From an uncultured bacterium (GTDB taxonomy: Bacteria; Arandabacterota; Arandabacteria; Arandabacterales; Arandabacteraceae), in the NCBI GenBank assembly GCA_964356335.1, contig CAYHHI010000012.1:2766-66765 (forward strand): 64,000 bases of DNA, in the 5' to 3' direction. The position numbers and the translations under genes were made by a program. This document shows, one piece after another, positions 46,094 to 54,862 of this stretch. Under the pieces are notes generated by a model. The model had not been told where the DNA came from, ran no database searches, and saw only the letters and a list, made by a program, of their open reading frames with translations. Positions within the stretch are counted from its first letter, which is position 1. Each line of letters starts with the position of its first letter.

Positions 46094-46122
46094 AAAATAC
46101 CAAACAATTGTTCGGTAGTCAA
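46094..46122 (-). promoter_or_regulatory. sigma70-type promoter of the lexA operon
   Basis: On the minus strand, TTGACT (46122-46117), a 17-nt spacer, then TATTTT (46099-46094). The ATG lies 17 nt downstream of the -10. Confidence 0.6.
46101..46114 (-). promoter_or_regulatory. LexA operator (Cheo-box-like GAAC-N4-GTTY palindrome)
   Basis: The minus strand reads CGAACAATTGTTTG. This is one mismatch from the CGAAC-N4-GTTCG palindrome, and it lies inside the promoter spacer of lexA. Confidence 0.6.
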
Positions 46123-46164
46123 GCTATTTTTGGTGGTGGGATGAGACAATATGGTTTCTTGATC

Positions 46165-46191
46165 AGACCGGGGCTAGAATCACTCCGGTCT
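46165..46191 (-). terminator. hairpin between the membrane-protein gene and the lexA promoter (possible terminator, no U-tract)
   Basis: AGACCGG ... CCGGTCT, a 7-bp stem with a 13-nt loop, 11 nt after the stop at 46202. Confidence 0.3.
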
Positions 46192-46201
46192 CAGATCCTG
46201 G

Positions 46202-46915
46202 TCAGAAGCCTGCGGCTATCGCGAAAGCGCTTACTATCCAGGCGCAGCCTATGATTGCCGCTGAGGTTGTGTAGTAAAGCACCGGCCTTCTCATACGCAG
46301 GCCGTAGACGCTCTCCTTGACACCCAGGCCTATGCGGTATCCCACCGGGAAGAACACGCCGCCAAGAGCAGCCCAGATCAAGCCCTCGGCACCCATAAAG
46401 GATACTAGACCGCCCGGACGATTGAATGAAAGCAAATACCGGCAGGGTGCCATGTGCATGCCGATGAAGTAGAAACCTGCCGATCCCAGAAGGCCTGCTG
46501 AGAAACCCGTGGCCACTCTGGGCAGAGCACCCTTGTCCAGTCTCGGGCCAGCCGCGGTAGCTATGCCTGCCAGAGCACCCCCAGCAAGCATGACGGCCAG
46601 GCACGAATTCGCCTTGCACATAAAGGGCAAATGCAGGATCGGAACCGCAAGCTGCTTGAGCGCAACCGCTATAACGGCGATACCCAGGACAAACAGCGGC
46701 CTCCTGAAGATGGCGATACATACCGCCATCAGGCCTATGCCCAGGCCGGTCAGGAGATCGCCCTTGTATGGGATTGAAGCTGATTTCATTGCTCCGCCCA
46801 GGACGACCTCGAGAAAGCCCCACACCGAGCCCAAGACGAGTATTGTTATCAGAACATCCCTTTTCGCTGCGGATTCTATTCTCGGCTTCTCCATTTCTGA
46901 CTCCTCCCCGCTCAT
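46202..46915 (-). CDS. hypothetical integral membrane protein (6-7 TM)
   Basis: Repeated hydrophobic helices (VLITILVLGSVWGFLEVVLGGAM, LLTGLGIGLMAVCIAIF, LFVLGIAVIAVAL ...). The overlapping frame 46191-46919 is Arg/Gly/Pro-rich and was rejected. Confidence 0.6.
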   Translation of the reverse strand: MSGEESEMEKPRIESAAKRDVLITILVLGSVWGFLEVVLGGAMKSASIPYKGDLLTGLGIGLMAVCIAIFRRPLFVLGIAVIAVALKQLAVPILHLPFMCKANSCLAVMLAGGALAGIATAAGPRLDKGALPRVATGFSAGLLGSAGFYFIGMHMAPCRYLLSFNRPGGLVSFMGAEGLIWAALGGVFFPVGYRIGLGVKESVYGLRMRRPVLYYTTSAAIIGCAWIVSAFAIAAGF

Positions 46916-47290
46916 TCAAGCAGCCAATGACACATTATAGGTGGGTATGGAAGTTCTGGCAAGCAATACCTAAGAGGCGGCGGGCGGCGGTCAGAAAACC
47001 CGCCATAGATGCCAACTTGCCGCAACTCTCGGCAACCTGAAGCTCCATCTTTGCCACCCGCCTACTGCACCCCATGCTTCTTACCTCTATCCAATTCCGC
47101 ACACTAATCGTTACACCATACCGGCGATCGTTACCTTGACAAGGGGCCCATTCCGTGATAAGCTTATAACATAGAGAGCCCTAAAGGGCTCTTCCCGCAA
47201 GTGTCCATATGATGCTGGGCAAGGTGGCCGGTCGGGTGTTGATAGGATCCCAACCTGGCCGATTCGTTTGGGCAGAAGGAGGCGAAGGGC

Positions 47291-47983
47291 GTGCGAGTAG
47301 GTACTTCTGGTTTGGTGCCGCTTCTGGCAATCATGACTCTGGTAGCTGTGTCCCAGGCAGGGATTCCCGTCTCACAGACTTCCACGATATGGGCAGAGCC
47401 CGATACTGCCATGGTCGGTGACACCGTCGAGGTTTACGTGATCGTCAGAGATCTTTACGGGGAAACCCTTCCAGAGCTCTCGTGTACCTTCTATACGGAG
47501 CATCCGGGCATTGATTTCCCTGTTGGAGGCCCCGATATAACTGATATAGATGGTTTTGCGCAGGGTGCCATCAGGACTGACTCCAATTCCATCTTCTTTC
47601 ACGACTCCCACATCTATGTGGATTGTGAAGGCTTCATACTTGGTCCGTCTACCCCGATGTATTGGGTGTGCCGTGCCGGTGTCGATGCGAACCATGGAGA
47701 GCTGTCGGGATTTGGCTTGTACCAGAACACGCCGAATCCCTTCAAGGGGAATACGGAGATCAGATATGCTCTGCCTGCGCGTGCGGATGTCAGCCTCGAG
47801 ATATGCGACGTTCTCGGCAAGATGGTCAGGACGCTTGTAGACGGTGCCGTAGGAGTGGGATATCACAAGGCTGCATGGGACGGGAAGGATGCTCTCGGCA
47901 GGTCTGTAACTCCGGGCGTTTATTATGTTCGCATGACGACGCCTGCCTATCGTGAGACGCGAAGTCTGATTCTCTTGAGATAG
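47291..47983 (+). CDS. secreted Ig-like domain protein with T9SS-type C-terminal sorting domain
   Basis: GTG start with AAGGAGG 8 nt upstream and signal peptide MRVGTSGLVPLLAIMTLVAVSQA. The C-terminus LYQNTPNPFKGNTEIRYALPARADVSLEICDVLGKMVRTL...GVYYVRMTT...LILLR is FlgD-Ig/T9SS CTD-like. Confidence 0.75.
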   Translation: MRVGTSGLVPLLAIMTLVAVSQAGIPVSQTSTIWAEPDTAMVGDTVEVYVIVRDLYGETLPELSCTFYTEHPGIDFPVGGPDITDIDGFAQGAIRTDSNSIFFHDSHIYVDCEGFILGPSTPMYWVCRAGVDANHGELSGFGLYQNTPNPFKGNTEIRYALPARADVSLEICDVLGKMVRTLVDGAVGVGYHKAAWDGKDALGRSVTPGVYYVRMTTPAYRETRSLILLR

Positions 47984-48003
47984 GCGCCGGACGCTCTGGC
48001 TGG

Positions 48004-48030
48004 CCCCAGAGGTACGCCTCTGGGGGTTCT
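48004..48030 (+). terminator. intrinsic terminator-like hairpin between convergent genes
   Basis: Perfect 9-bp stem CCCCAGAGG-TACG-CCTCTGGGG followed by GTTCTT, 21 nt after the stop at 47983. Confidence 0.55.
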
Positions 48031-48047
48031 TAGGCTGGAAAACCCGC

Positions 48048-48989
48048 TCACCCTGATGCAGTCCGGTAGATATCCAAGACCTCGGATGCTATCGCTCGGT
48101 CGTCTCGCCTATCGGTCACGTCCAACCACTTGATGTCTTTTTCCTTTGTGAACCACGTCATCTGGCGCTTGGCGAAGTGTCGGGTGTTCCTCTTGATCAG
48201 GCCTACCGCCTCCTGAAATGACAGAGCGCCCCTCAGATGAAGCATGATCTCCCGATATCCCAGGCTATTCTTGACGACAGGCGATTCCTCGTAGCCCATC
48301 TTGATAAGCAACCTGACCTCGTCCACAAGGCCGGCCTCTATCATACGGTTAACCCTTCTCTCTATGATCTGGTAAAGGTCTCCCCTGTCCATCGTCAGGC
48401 CGATCTTGACAAAGGGCAGCAAGAATGGCGCCGTTGCCTTTTCCAGGGTGCTCATGGGCTTGCCTGTGATCTCGAAGACCTCAAGAGCCCTGATTACCCG
48501 AGGGAGATTAAGCGGGTCCACGTGTCCGGCCTTCTCGGGATCGACCTCGAAAAGCCTCTGCCAAAGGACTGGCCTGCCCTTCAGGCGTGCGAGTTCCCCG
48601 AGGCGCCTTCTGATCTCTGGGTCTGCCGCCGGTCCGTCGAAGATTCCGTGGAGAAGAGCCCTGACATAGAGTCCGGTACCGCCCACGACGATGGGCAGTC
48701 CACGTCTGGCGAGGATTTCGGAAATGATCCTCCGTGCATCCTTCTCGTACTCTTTGGACGTGTACTGCCTGTCAGGTTCGGCCATGTCGATCAAGTGATG
48801 AGGGACTTCCTCCAGCATCCTAACATCAGGCTTTGCCGTCCCGATATCCATGAAGCGGTAAACAAGGCGTGAATCTGCCGAAACAATCTCGCCCGAAAGG
48901 CGCTTTGCCACATGAAGAGCGACGTTGCTCTTGCCGACTCCGGTTGGGCCCACGAGAATCAAGATGTGCTGAGGCTCGTGGTGCTTCAC
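48048..48989 (-). CDS. miaA: tRNA dimethylallyltransferase
   Basis: P-loop LVGPTGVGKS, DSRLVYRFMDIGTAKP. 313 aa. 4-nt overlap with mutL. Confidence 0.95.
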   Translation of the reverse strand: MKHHEPQHILILVGPTGVGKSNVALHVAKRLSGEIVSADSRLVYRFMDIGTAKPDVRMLEEVPHHLIDMAEPDRQYTSKEYEKDARRIISEILARRGLPIVVGGTGLYVRALLHGIFDGPAADPEIRRRLGELARLKGRPVLWQRLFEVDPEKAGHVDPLNLPRVIRALEVFEITGKPMSTLEKATAPFLLPFVKIGLTMDRGDLYQIIERRVNRMIEAGLVDEVRLLIKMGYEESPVVKNSLGYREIMLHLRGALSFQEAVGLIKRNTRHFAKRQMTWFTKEKDIKWLDVTDRRDDRAIASEVLDIYRTASG

Positions 48990-50701
48990 TTTCTGAGGAA
49001 CCTTCTTTCGATCTCATCCCAGGAGAGCCTTATCATGGTGGGACGGCCGTGGGGACATGCAAGCGGCATACGGGCCGCGAAGAGGCGCTCGACAAGCGAT
49101 CTTATCTCATCGTCATTCATCTTGTCGCCGGCCTTGACAGCACCCTTACAGGCAAAGGCAGCAGCCAGCAAATGATGGATGTCGTGGGATTCGGACCGGG
49201 TCTCTATCACTTCGTCCACGATATCGGCGAGAACCCGCTTCTTATCCCCCTCCTTAAAGAGCGCCGGCACTGCTTCTATGACGTAGGTCCGTCTGCCGAA
49301 CTTTTTCAACTCGAAACCGATTTGTCTTATCTTGTCCCAGTGTTCGTCGATCACATCTTCCTCTTCAGGCGTCACTTCAAGCGTCTCTGGAAAGAGGAGT
49401 TCCTGCATGACGGGTTCTCGTCCCTCAAGATGGCTCTTCACTTCCTCGTAAAGCACCCGTTCATGAGCGGCGTGCTGGTCGATCAGATAGAACTCCTCGT
49501 CAGACTCCGCGAGGATGTAGGAGTTTCTTATCTGGACAATGGGAGTGGCCGGCGCTGCCGTCTCAGACTTCTCCATCTTGTGAGGTCTGTATGTCGGCTT
49601 GGGCTCAGAGACAAGGATCTTGGTCTTGTCGAAGAGGGCGATTGGCCGAATAGGTGGCTGCGCCCCGGGTCTCGGCGCGAGCAGGGGCCTTGCCAAGAGC
49701 GGTGGAATCATCTTTCGCGACGTCAGTGCACTCCCTACGGCCCGCGACACAAAGTCTCTGACCTCCCTGTCACGCCTGAACCTCACTTCTCGCTTTGTCG
49801 GGTGAACGTTGAAATCTGCCTCAGCAGGATTGATATCTATCAGGATAACGCCTGTTGGATACCGGTTTCTCATCAAGGTGTGGCCGTAGGCATCACAAAC
49901 GGCTCTCAGGATCATCTTGTTCTCCACGGGCCGTCTGTTTACAAAGATTGATATGTAGCCGCTTGAGGTTCTTGCCTCCTCGGGGCGCGACAGGAAACCG
50001 CAGAGTTGGATGTGCTCGTCTGAGACATTGACTGCAACTGAGTTCTCGCCAAAGCTCCTGCCGAGGATGCTTCCCACCCTTTCCTCGATGCTCTCAACCG
50101 CGGGCAGGCTCAAGATCACTTTCCTATCCCTAATCAGTTTCATCGAGATCCAGTAATGGCTTATGGCATGAGTCGCGAAGGTCTTGACAACGTGCCTGAC
50201 CTCTGTGGCTTTGGACTTGAGAAACTTGGCCCTTGCCGGCGCGTTAAAGAAAAGGTTGGTCACCTTGATGGTGGTTCCCGCCGGACGCGTGGCCTTGGTC
50301 ACCTCATCGATCTTTCCACCCCTCAAAACAATCTTTGTCGCAAGGTCCTCACCTTCGGAGCGGGTGAGCACTTCAATCTCCGCAACACTCGCAATGCTCG
50401 CCAGAGCCTCTCCCCTGAAGCCCATGGTCCTTATGCTTTCGAGGTCATCGGCAGTGGATATTTTGCTTGTGGCGTGACGCTCGAAGGCAAGCAGAGCATC
50501 TTCCTCGGTCATCCCGACGCCGTCATCCGTGATCTTTATTAGCTCCCTGCCTTCACCTTTGGTCTCTACTGTGATGTGAGATGCCCCGGCATCTATCGCG
50601 TTCTCGACAAGCTCCTTGACCACTGAGGAAGGCCTGTCAACTACCTCACCTGCCGCTATCATGTTAACGGTCTTAGGATCGAGGATCTTGATCTTTGCCA
50701 T
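48986..50701 (-). CDS. mutL: DNA mismatch repair endonuclease MutL
   Basis: GHKL ATPase N-terminus IAAGEVVDRPSSVVKELVENAIDAG, DNGxGM-like TDDGVGM, and a C-terminal endonuclease region with ACKGAVKAGD and CPHGRPT. Confidence 0.95.
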   Translation of the reverse strand: MAKIKILDPKTVNMIAAGEVVDRPSSVVKELVENAIDAGASHITVETKGEGRELIKITDDGVGMTEEDALLAFERHATSKISTADDLESIRTMGFRGEALASIASVAEIEVLTRSEGEDLATKIVLRGGKIDEVTKATRPAGTTIKVTNLFFNAPARAKFLKSKATEVRHVVKTFATHAISHYWISMKLIRDRKVILSLPAVESIEERVGSILGRSFGENSVAVNVSDEHIQLCGFLSRPEEARTSSGYISIFVNRRPVENKMILRAVCDAYGHTLMRNRYPTGVILIDINPAEADFNVHPTKREVRFRRDREVRDFVSRAVGSALTSRKMIPPLLARPLLAPRPGAQPPIRPIALFDKTKILVSEPKPTYRPHKMEKSETAAPATPIVQIRNSYILAESDEEFYLIDQHAAHERVLYEEVKSHLEGREPVMQELLFPETLEVTPEEEDVIDEHWDKIRQIGFELKKFGRRTYVIEAVPALFKEGDKKRVLADIVDEVIETRSESHDIHHLLAAAFACKGAVKAGDKMNDDEIRSLVERLFAARMPLACPHGRPTMIRLSWDEIERRFLRK

Positions 50702-53327
50702 CTGTAATCTTCTCGTTCTTGGAAGCGATTCTCTTCAGGGCCGCGATCTCTTCCAGTGCCTGAAGCGGGGTCATGGTGTCAAGATCTAGCTCGGCGAGTT
50801 TTCGCGCAAGCTCCTTCTCGGTCTGCCAGAGGGTGAGCTGAATGTCCCCCGATATCGGAGAATGCTCTCCCCGCGCGAGCCTCGGAATATTGCCTGTGCT
50901 GTATTCGTCCTCTTCGAGATTCGCCAGGATTTCCTTGGCCCTCTCGACCACATCCTGGGGCAGGCCTGCAAGCCTTGCGACATGGATGCCATAGCTCCTG
51001 TCGGAGCCGCCTTCAACAATCTTTCTGAGGAAGATGATTCTATCACCATATTCCTTGACGAGCACGTTGAAATTCTTGACCCGCTGTAGAATGCCCGCTA
51101 GGTCAGTCAGCTCATGGTAGTGAGTGGCAAAGAGCGTAAGCGGGCTTCGTCTTCCATTGTTATGAAGGTACTCAACCACCGCCCAGGCGATGCTGAGCCC
51201 GTCATAAGTGCTCGTGCCGCGTCCGACCTCATCCAGGAGCACGAGGCTCCTGTCGGTGGCGTTATTGAGGATGTTGGATGTCTCGATCATCTCCACAAGG
51301 AAGGTGCTTTGCCCTCTGGCGACTCTGTCAGTCGCGCCGATCCGTGTGAAGATCTTATCCACGATTCCGATGCTTGCGGCCGACGCCGGCACGAAGCTTC
51401 CGATCTGTGCCATGATCACGATCAGCGCAACCTGCCTGATGAAAGTCGACTTGCCAGCCATGTTGGGGCCAGTGATCACCAAGACCTGATTGGTCTCATC
51501 TAACAGCACGTCGTTGGGGACGAACTGGTCACCGCCAAGGAATCTCTCAACTACAGGATGGCGCCCTTCGCGAATCTCTATTCTGCGGTCGCCGGTCACA
51601 TGAGGCTTCACATAATTGCTCTGTCTTGCAACCTCTGCAAAGGAGGCGAGAACGTCGATCTCCGCGACCATGCGCGCGGCCTCCTGGATCCTGTCGGTAG
51701 CTTCGGCGACTCTGGTCCGCACACTCTTGAAGACGTCATCTTCGAGTTCGGTTGCGTTTTCTTCGGCCTGGAGGATTTCGGCTTCCTTGCACTTGAGGTC
51801 CTCAGTGACGAATCTCTCACCACCAACCAGAGTCTGTTTCCTCACGTAATCCTGCGGGACGCTCTTGAGGTTCGTCTTGCTGACCTCGATGTAGTAACCG
51901 AAGATTTTGTTGTAGCCCACCTTGAGAGAACCGATACCGGTTCTCTCCCTCTCAGTAGCCTGGAGGTCAAGAATCCATTTTCTGGCATCATGGGATGCGC
52001 CGCGAAGCTGGTCGAGTCTCTTGTCAAAGCCTTCCCGTATTACCTCTCCCTCTTTGAAGGTAGCCGGAGCCTCATCCTTGACAGCCTGAGAAATCAGGTC
52101 CGCGACGTCTTTGAGTTCGGGCATGGTCTGGGACACATGTGATAGAACCTGGGAGCTGGCGTCGGAGATTATCCTCCTGAGCTCGGGAAAGTGCCCGAGG
52201 GATTCCTTTATTGCCAGGAGGTCCCGAGGTCCGGCCTTCTCGCAGCAAACACGCCCCACGAGGCGCTCGAGGTCACTTATGTGCCTTATGATTGACCTGG
52301 TGTCCTTTCTTCTTATCTCGTCGCCGACCAATTCATCGACTGCCTCAAGTCTGGCGCTTATGGTCGCGGCGACCACCAGGGGATTCCTGATCCAACTCCT
52401 CAGACACCTTCCACCCATAGGTGTCAGGGTCTTATCCAGAACGCCAAGGAGGGATGCCCCTTTGTCCTCTGGATGCAGAGGATTCATGATCTCAAGATTG
52501 GCAAACGACGCCTCATCGATATCCATGAAGAGAGCATTCCTCTGAACGGTGAGCCTTGAGATGTGAGGAAGCAGTCTTTTCTGGGTCTGTCTCAAGTATG
52601 AGATGAGCGCACCGGCAGCACCTGTAGCCATGGGGATACTCTGACACCCAAAACCATCGAGGGTCGCCACCTTGAAATGGTCGCGAAGGGTTGCCGATGC
52701 TGAATCGTGGAGGAAAAGCCAGTCATCAAGTGCCGTCAATGCCGTCTCCGGCAGGGCGTGCTTAATGCGCGCGACGATGGCCTCGGGCATGGACTCCCTC
52801 GGGTACAGCACCTCGCTCGGCCGTGTCTTCGCCATCTCCCTTAAGAGATCATGTGCCGACACCTCGGTAACACTGAACTCGCCCGTGGAGAGATCTGTCT
52901 TCGCCAGCCCCCACTTCTCCTTCTCACCGACGATGGCCAAGAGGTAGTTGTTCTCCTTCTCATCGAGGAGGATCGACGAGGTCACGGTACCGGGCGTGAT
53001 CACCTCCACCACTCGCCGCTTGACCAGGCCCTTAGCGTCCTTTGGGTTTTCGACCTGATCGCAGATGGCGACCTTGTAGCCTGCTCGCACAAGCCTCGCG
53101 ATATAGGTGTCCACAGCATGGTAGGGCACGCCCGCAAGCGGGATTCTCTTGTCCCCTTCTCTTGACCTTGAGGTGAGCGCAATACCCAGGACGCGCGCGG
53201 CGGTCGCGGCATCCTCGTAGAAGGTCTCATAAAAATCTCCCATCCTGAAGAGGAGTATGGTGTCAGGATAATCCTTCTTTATGCTCATGTATTGGGACAT
53301 CATCGGTGTCTCGTGCGGTTGCGTCAT
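50673..53327 (-). CDS. mutS: DNA mismatch repair protein MutS
   Basis: N-terminal TPMMSQYMSIK...GDFYE (mismatch-binding Phe-x-Glu), Walker A GPNMAGKST, DEVGRGTSTYDG. 884 aa. Confidence 0.97.
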   Translation of the reverse strand: MTQPHETPMMSQYMSIKKDYPDTILLFRMGDFYETFYEDAATAARVLGIALTSRSREGDKRIPLAGVPYHAVDTYIARLVRAGYKVAICDQVENPKDAKGLVKRRVVEVITPGTVTSSILLDEKENNYLLAIVGEKEKWGLAKTDLSTGEFSVTEVSAHDLLREMAKTRPSEVLYPRESMPEAIVARIKHALPETALTALDDWLFLHDSASATLRDHFKVATLDGFGCQSIPMATGAAGALISYLRQTQKRLLPHISRLTVQRNALFMDIDEASFANLEIMNPLHPEDKGASLLGVLDKTLTPMGGRCLRSWIRNPLVVAATISARLEAVDELVGDEIRRKDTRSIIRHISDLERLVGRVCCEKAGPRDLLAIKESLGHFPELRRIISDASSQVLSHVSQTMPELKDVADLISQAVKDEAPATFKEGEVIREGFDKRLDQLRGASHDARKWILDLQATERERTGIGSLKVGYNKIFGYYIEVSKTNLKSVPQDYVRKQTLVGGERFVTEDLKCKEAEILQAEENATELEDDVFKSVRTRVAEATDRIQEAARMVAEIDVLASFAEVARQSNYVKPHVTGDRRIEIREGRHPVVERFLGGDQFVPNDVLLDETNQVLVITGPNMAGKSTFIRQVALIVIMAQIGSFVPASAASIGIVDKIFTRIGATDRVARGQSTFLVEMIETSNILNNATDRSLVLLDEVGRGTSTYDGLSIAWAVVEYLHNNGRRSPLTLFATHYHELTDLAGILQRVKNFNVLVKEYGDRIIFLRKIVEGGSDRSYGIHVARLAGLPQDVVERAKEILANLEEDEYSTGNIPRLARGEHSPISGDIQLTLWQTEKELARKLAELDLDTMTPLQALEEIAALKRIASKNEKITDGKDQDPRS

Positions 53328-53374
53328 GGGTCAAGAGGAATCGAGGGCTCGACGCCCGTGGCGAAGCATGGTCT

Positions 53375-54511
53375 CTACAGGAATGTCTCCCACTGCTTGC
53401 ACCTGGGGCATCTCCAAAGCACCTCATTTGACTTATAGTTACAGTTGCTACAAACGTAATGCTCTTCGTCAGAAGAGAAACCGTTGAACGCTTCGACCAT
53501 CGCTCTGAGGGACTGTTCGATGTCACCCTTTTCATAGTAGAGCCTGGCGAGGGCCTGCTTCACTCTTCTTGCGCCGGGCTCGGCCTCGAGGGCGGTCTTG
53601 CAGAGCCTCAGGGCTTCCTCGATATTGCCCTTCTTCCTGTGAATGTTGGCCAGGGTCATCATTGTCTTCACATCGCTTGGGTTTCGCTCTAGCACATCGT
53701 TGTAAAGATCGACTATCTTCTCGAATCTCCCCTTCTCATAAAACGCCTTCTCAAGCCGCCTGAAAGTCGTATAGGCGATGCCGGGAAAGACCGTTACTAT
53801 TCTGCGCCACGAGGATATCGCATCATCGATATTGCCCTCGGCATAGTAGACATCGCCCAGATAGAGATAGGCAGCCGCGCATTCCGAGTTTATCTTGAGG
53901 GCGTCCTTCAGAGCCGATTCTGCATCCTTCATGTTCTCGCGGTCAAGATAGGACTTGCCAACATACGCCTTGTAGAGAGCCAGCGCGTGGGTATCGTCGA
54001 CTCGTTTCACCTTGGATATGTCACGTCGAATAAGATAGGCCTTGTCCCACTCCCCTATCTCTTCATAGACCTCCAGGAGCTCGTTCATGGCCCTCTCATC
54101 ACGCGGTTTGATCTCCAGCACCTGTTCATAGCTTGCGGCGGCCCTATCGAGTCTCTGCGCCTTGCGGTAATCGCGCGCAAGACTGAGGAGCACGCGGGCC
54201 ATCGTGTGCTTCGGCATAGAAGGCCGCACCGTGAGCTCGCGGTGAATCTGGACGGCTCTTGCAACGTCGCCACTCTCGCGCATGACATCGCCGAGGCGGA
54301 GATAGGCATCAAAATTCTGCGGTTCGCTGCGCACGGCCTCCCGGAAGGAGTTGAGGGCAGGGCCGTATTCCCCGTCAAGCAGATAGGCGATGCCTTCGAC
54401 ATAAGGATTCTTCCCCGCTGCTCGCTTCCGCTTCTGATTTATGTTTGTCCACACGCGATGGAAAAGCACCGCAAGCACACAGAGTATCAGGATGATCAAT
54501 AAGGTGGTCAC
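53375..54511 (-). CDS. lapB: LapB (YciM)-like LPS assembly regulator: TM anchor, TPR repeats, C-terminal rubredoxin-type zinc finger
   Basis: N-terminal helix MTTLLIILILCVLAVLF, multiple TPR-like repeats, and a terminal CSNCNYKSNEVLWRCPRCKQWETF. Confidence 0.8.
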   Translation of the reverse strand: MTTLLIILILCVLAVLFHRVWTNINQKRKRAAGKNPYVEGIAYLLDGEYGPALNSFREAVRSEPQNFDAYLRLGDVMRESGDVARAVQIHRELTVRPSMPKHTMARVLLSLARDYRKAQRLDRAAASYEQVLEIKPRDERAMNELLEVYEEIGEWDKAYLIRRDISKVKRVDDTHALALYKAYVGKSYLDRENMKDAESALKDALKINSECAAAYLYLGDVYYAEGNIDDAISSWRRIVTVFPGIAYTTFRRLEKAFYEKGRFEKIVDLYNDVLERNPSDVKTMMTLANIHRKKGNIEEALRLCKTALEAEPGARRVKQALARLYYEKGDIEQSLRAMVEAFNGFSSDEEHYVCSNCNYKSNEVLWRCPRCKQWETFL

Positions 54512-54861
54512 GAAACCACTTCCTTTCCTTCTACATCCTCCACGGGCTTCATCTCGCCCAGCGCTTCTTCGATCGGTAGGTTCCTGATTGCGACAAGTTC
54601 GGTCTCAAGATCACGATTCCTTTTCTTCAGGCGCCTCACGTTAAGTCCGAGATCGATGAAATAGTAAAGACAATAAAGGAGTGTGAGCGCCACTCCTATC
54701 AGAAATGCCACAAAAAGGGCGAGGATCATGGGGACGTCGTAGAAGGTGCGGAATCCGAGGTTCACGACCACTCTCTCCCCCGGATTCATGACTGCAAAGG
54801 CAACGACCGCCATTGTCACTACAAGAAGCGCTATGGCTGCGATGGCCCTTGAAACATTCAT
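54508..54861 (-). CDS. lapA: LapA (DUF1049)-like inner-membrane protein
   Basis: Two TM helices then a charged coiled tail (RRLKKRNRDLETELVAIRN). Lies immediately upstream of and overlapping lapB. Confidence 0.65.
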   Translation of the reverse strand: MNVSRAIAAIALLVVTMAVVAFAVMNPGERVVVNLGFRTFYDVPMILALFVAFLIGVALTLLYCLYYFIDLGLNVRRLKKRNRDLETELVAIRNLPIEEALGEMKPVEDVEGKEVVS

Positions 54862-54862
54862 T

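Noticed and set aside
46078-46149. 24-aa N-terminal extension of LexA from the ORF-track start at 46149
   Set aside because: The codon at 46149 is TTG. The extension would translate through the TTGACT/TATTTT promoter and the LexA box. LexA homologs begin at the M..LT.RQ motif, which is found at ATG 46077.
46191-46919. 242-aa ORF overlapping 46202-46915 on the same strand in another frame
   Set aside because: Its translation is Arg/Gly/Pro/Ser-rich without hydrophobic helices. The alternative frame gives a coherent 6-7 TM membrane protein.
48869-49951. 360-aa plus-strand ORF. Similar long antisense ORFs occur at 39449-40375, 55415-56251, 7602-8396, 41386-42021, 33770-34456 and 25235-25837.
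   Set aside because: All lie antisense to genes with strong family signatures (mutL, DUF512, miaB, ycaQ, dnaE2, the solute-binding protein, apt/acyP). All have low-complexity Arg/Gly/Leu-rich translations, so they are treated as shadow ORFs.
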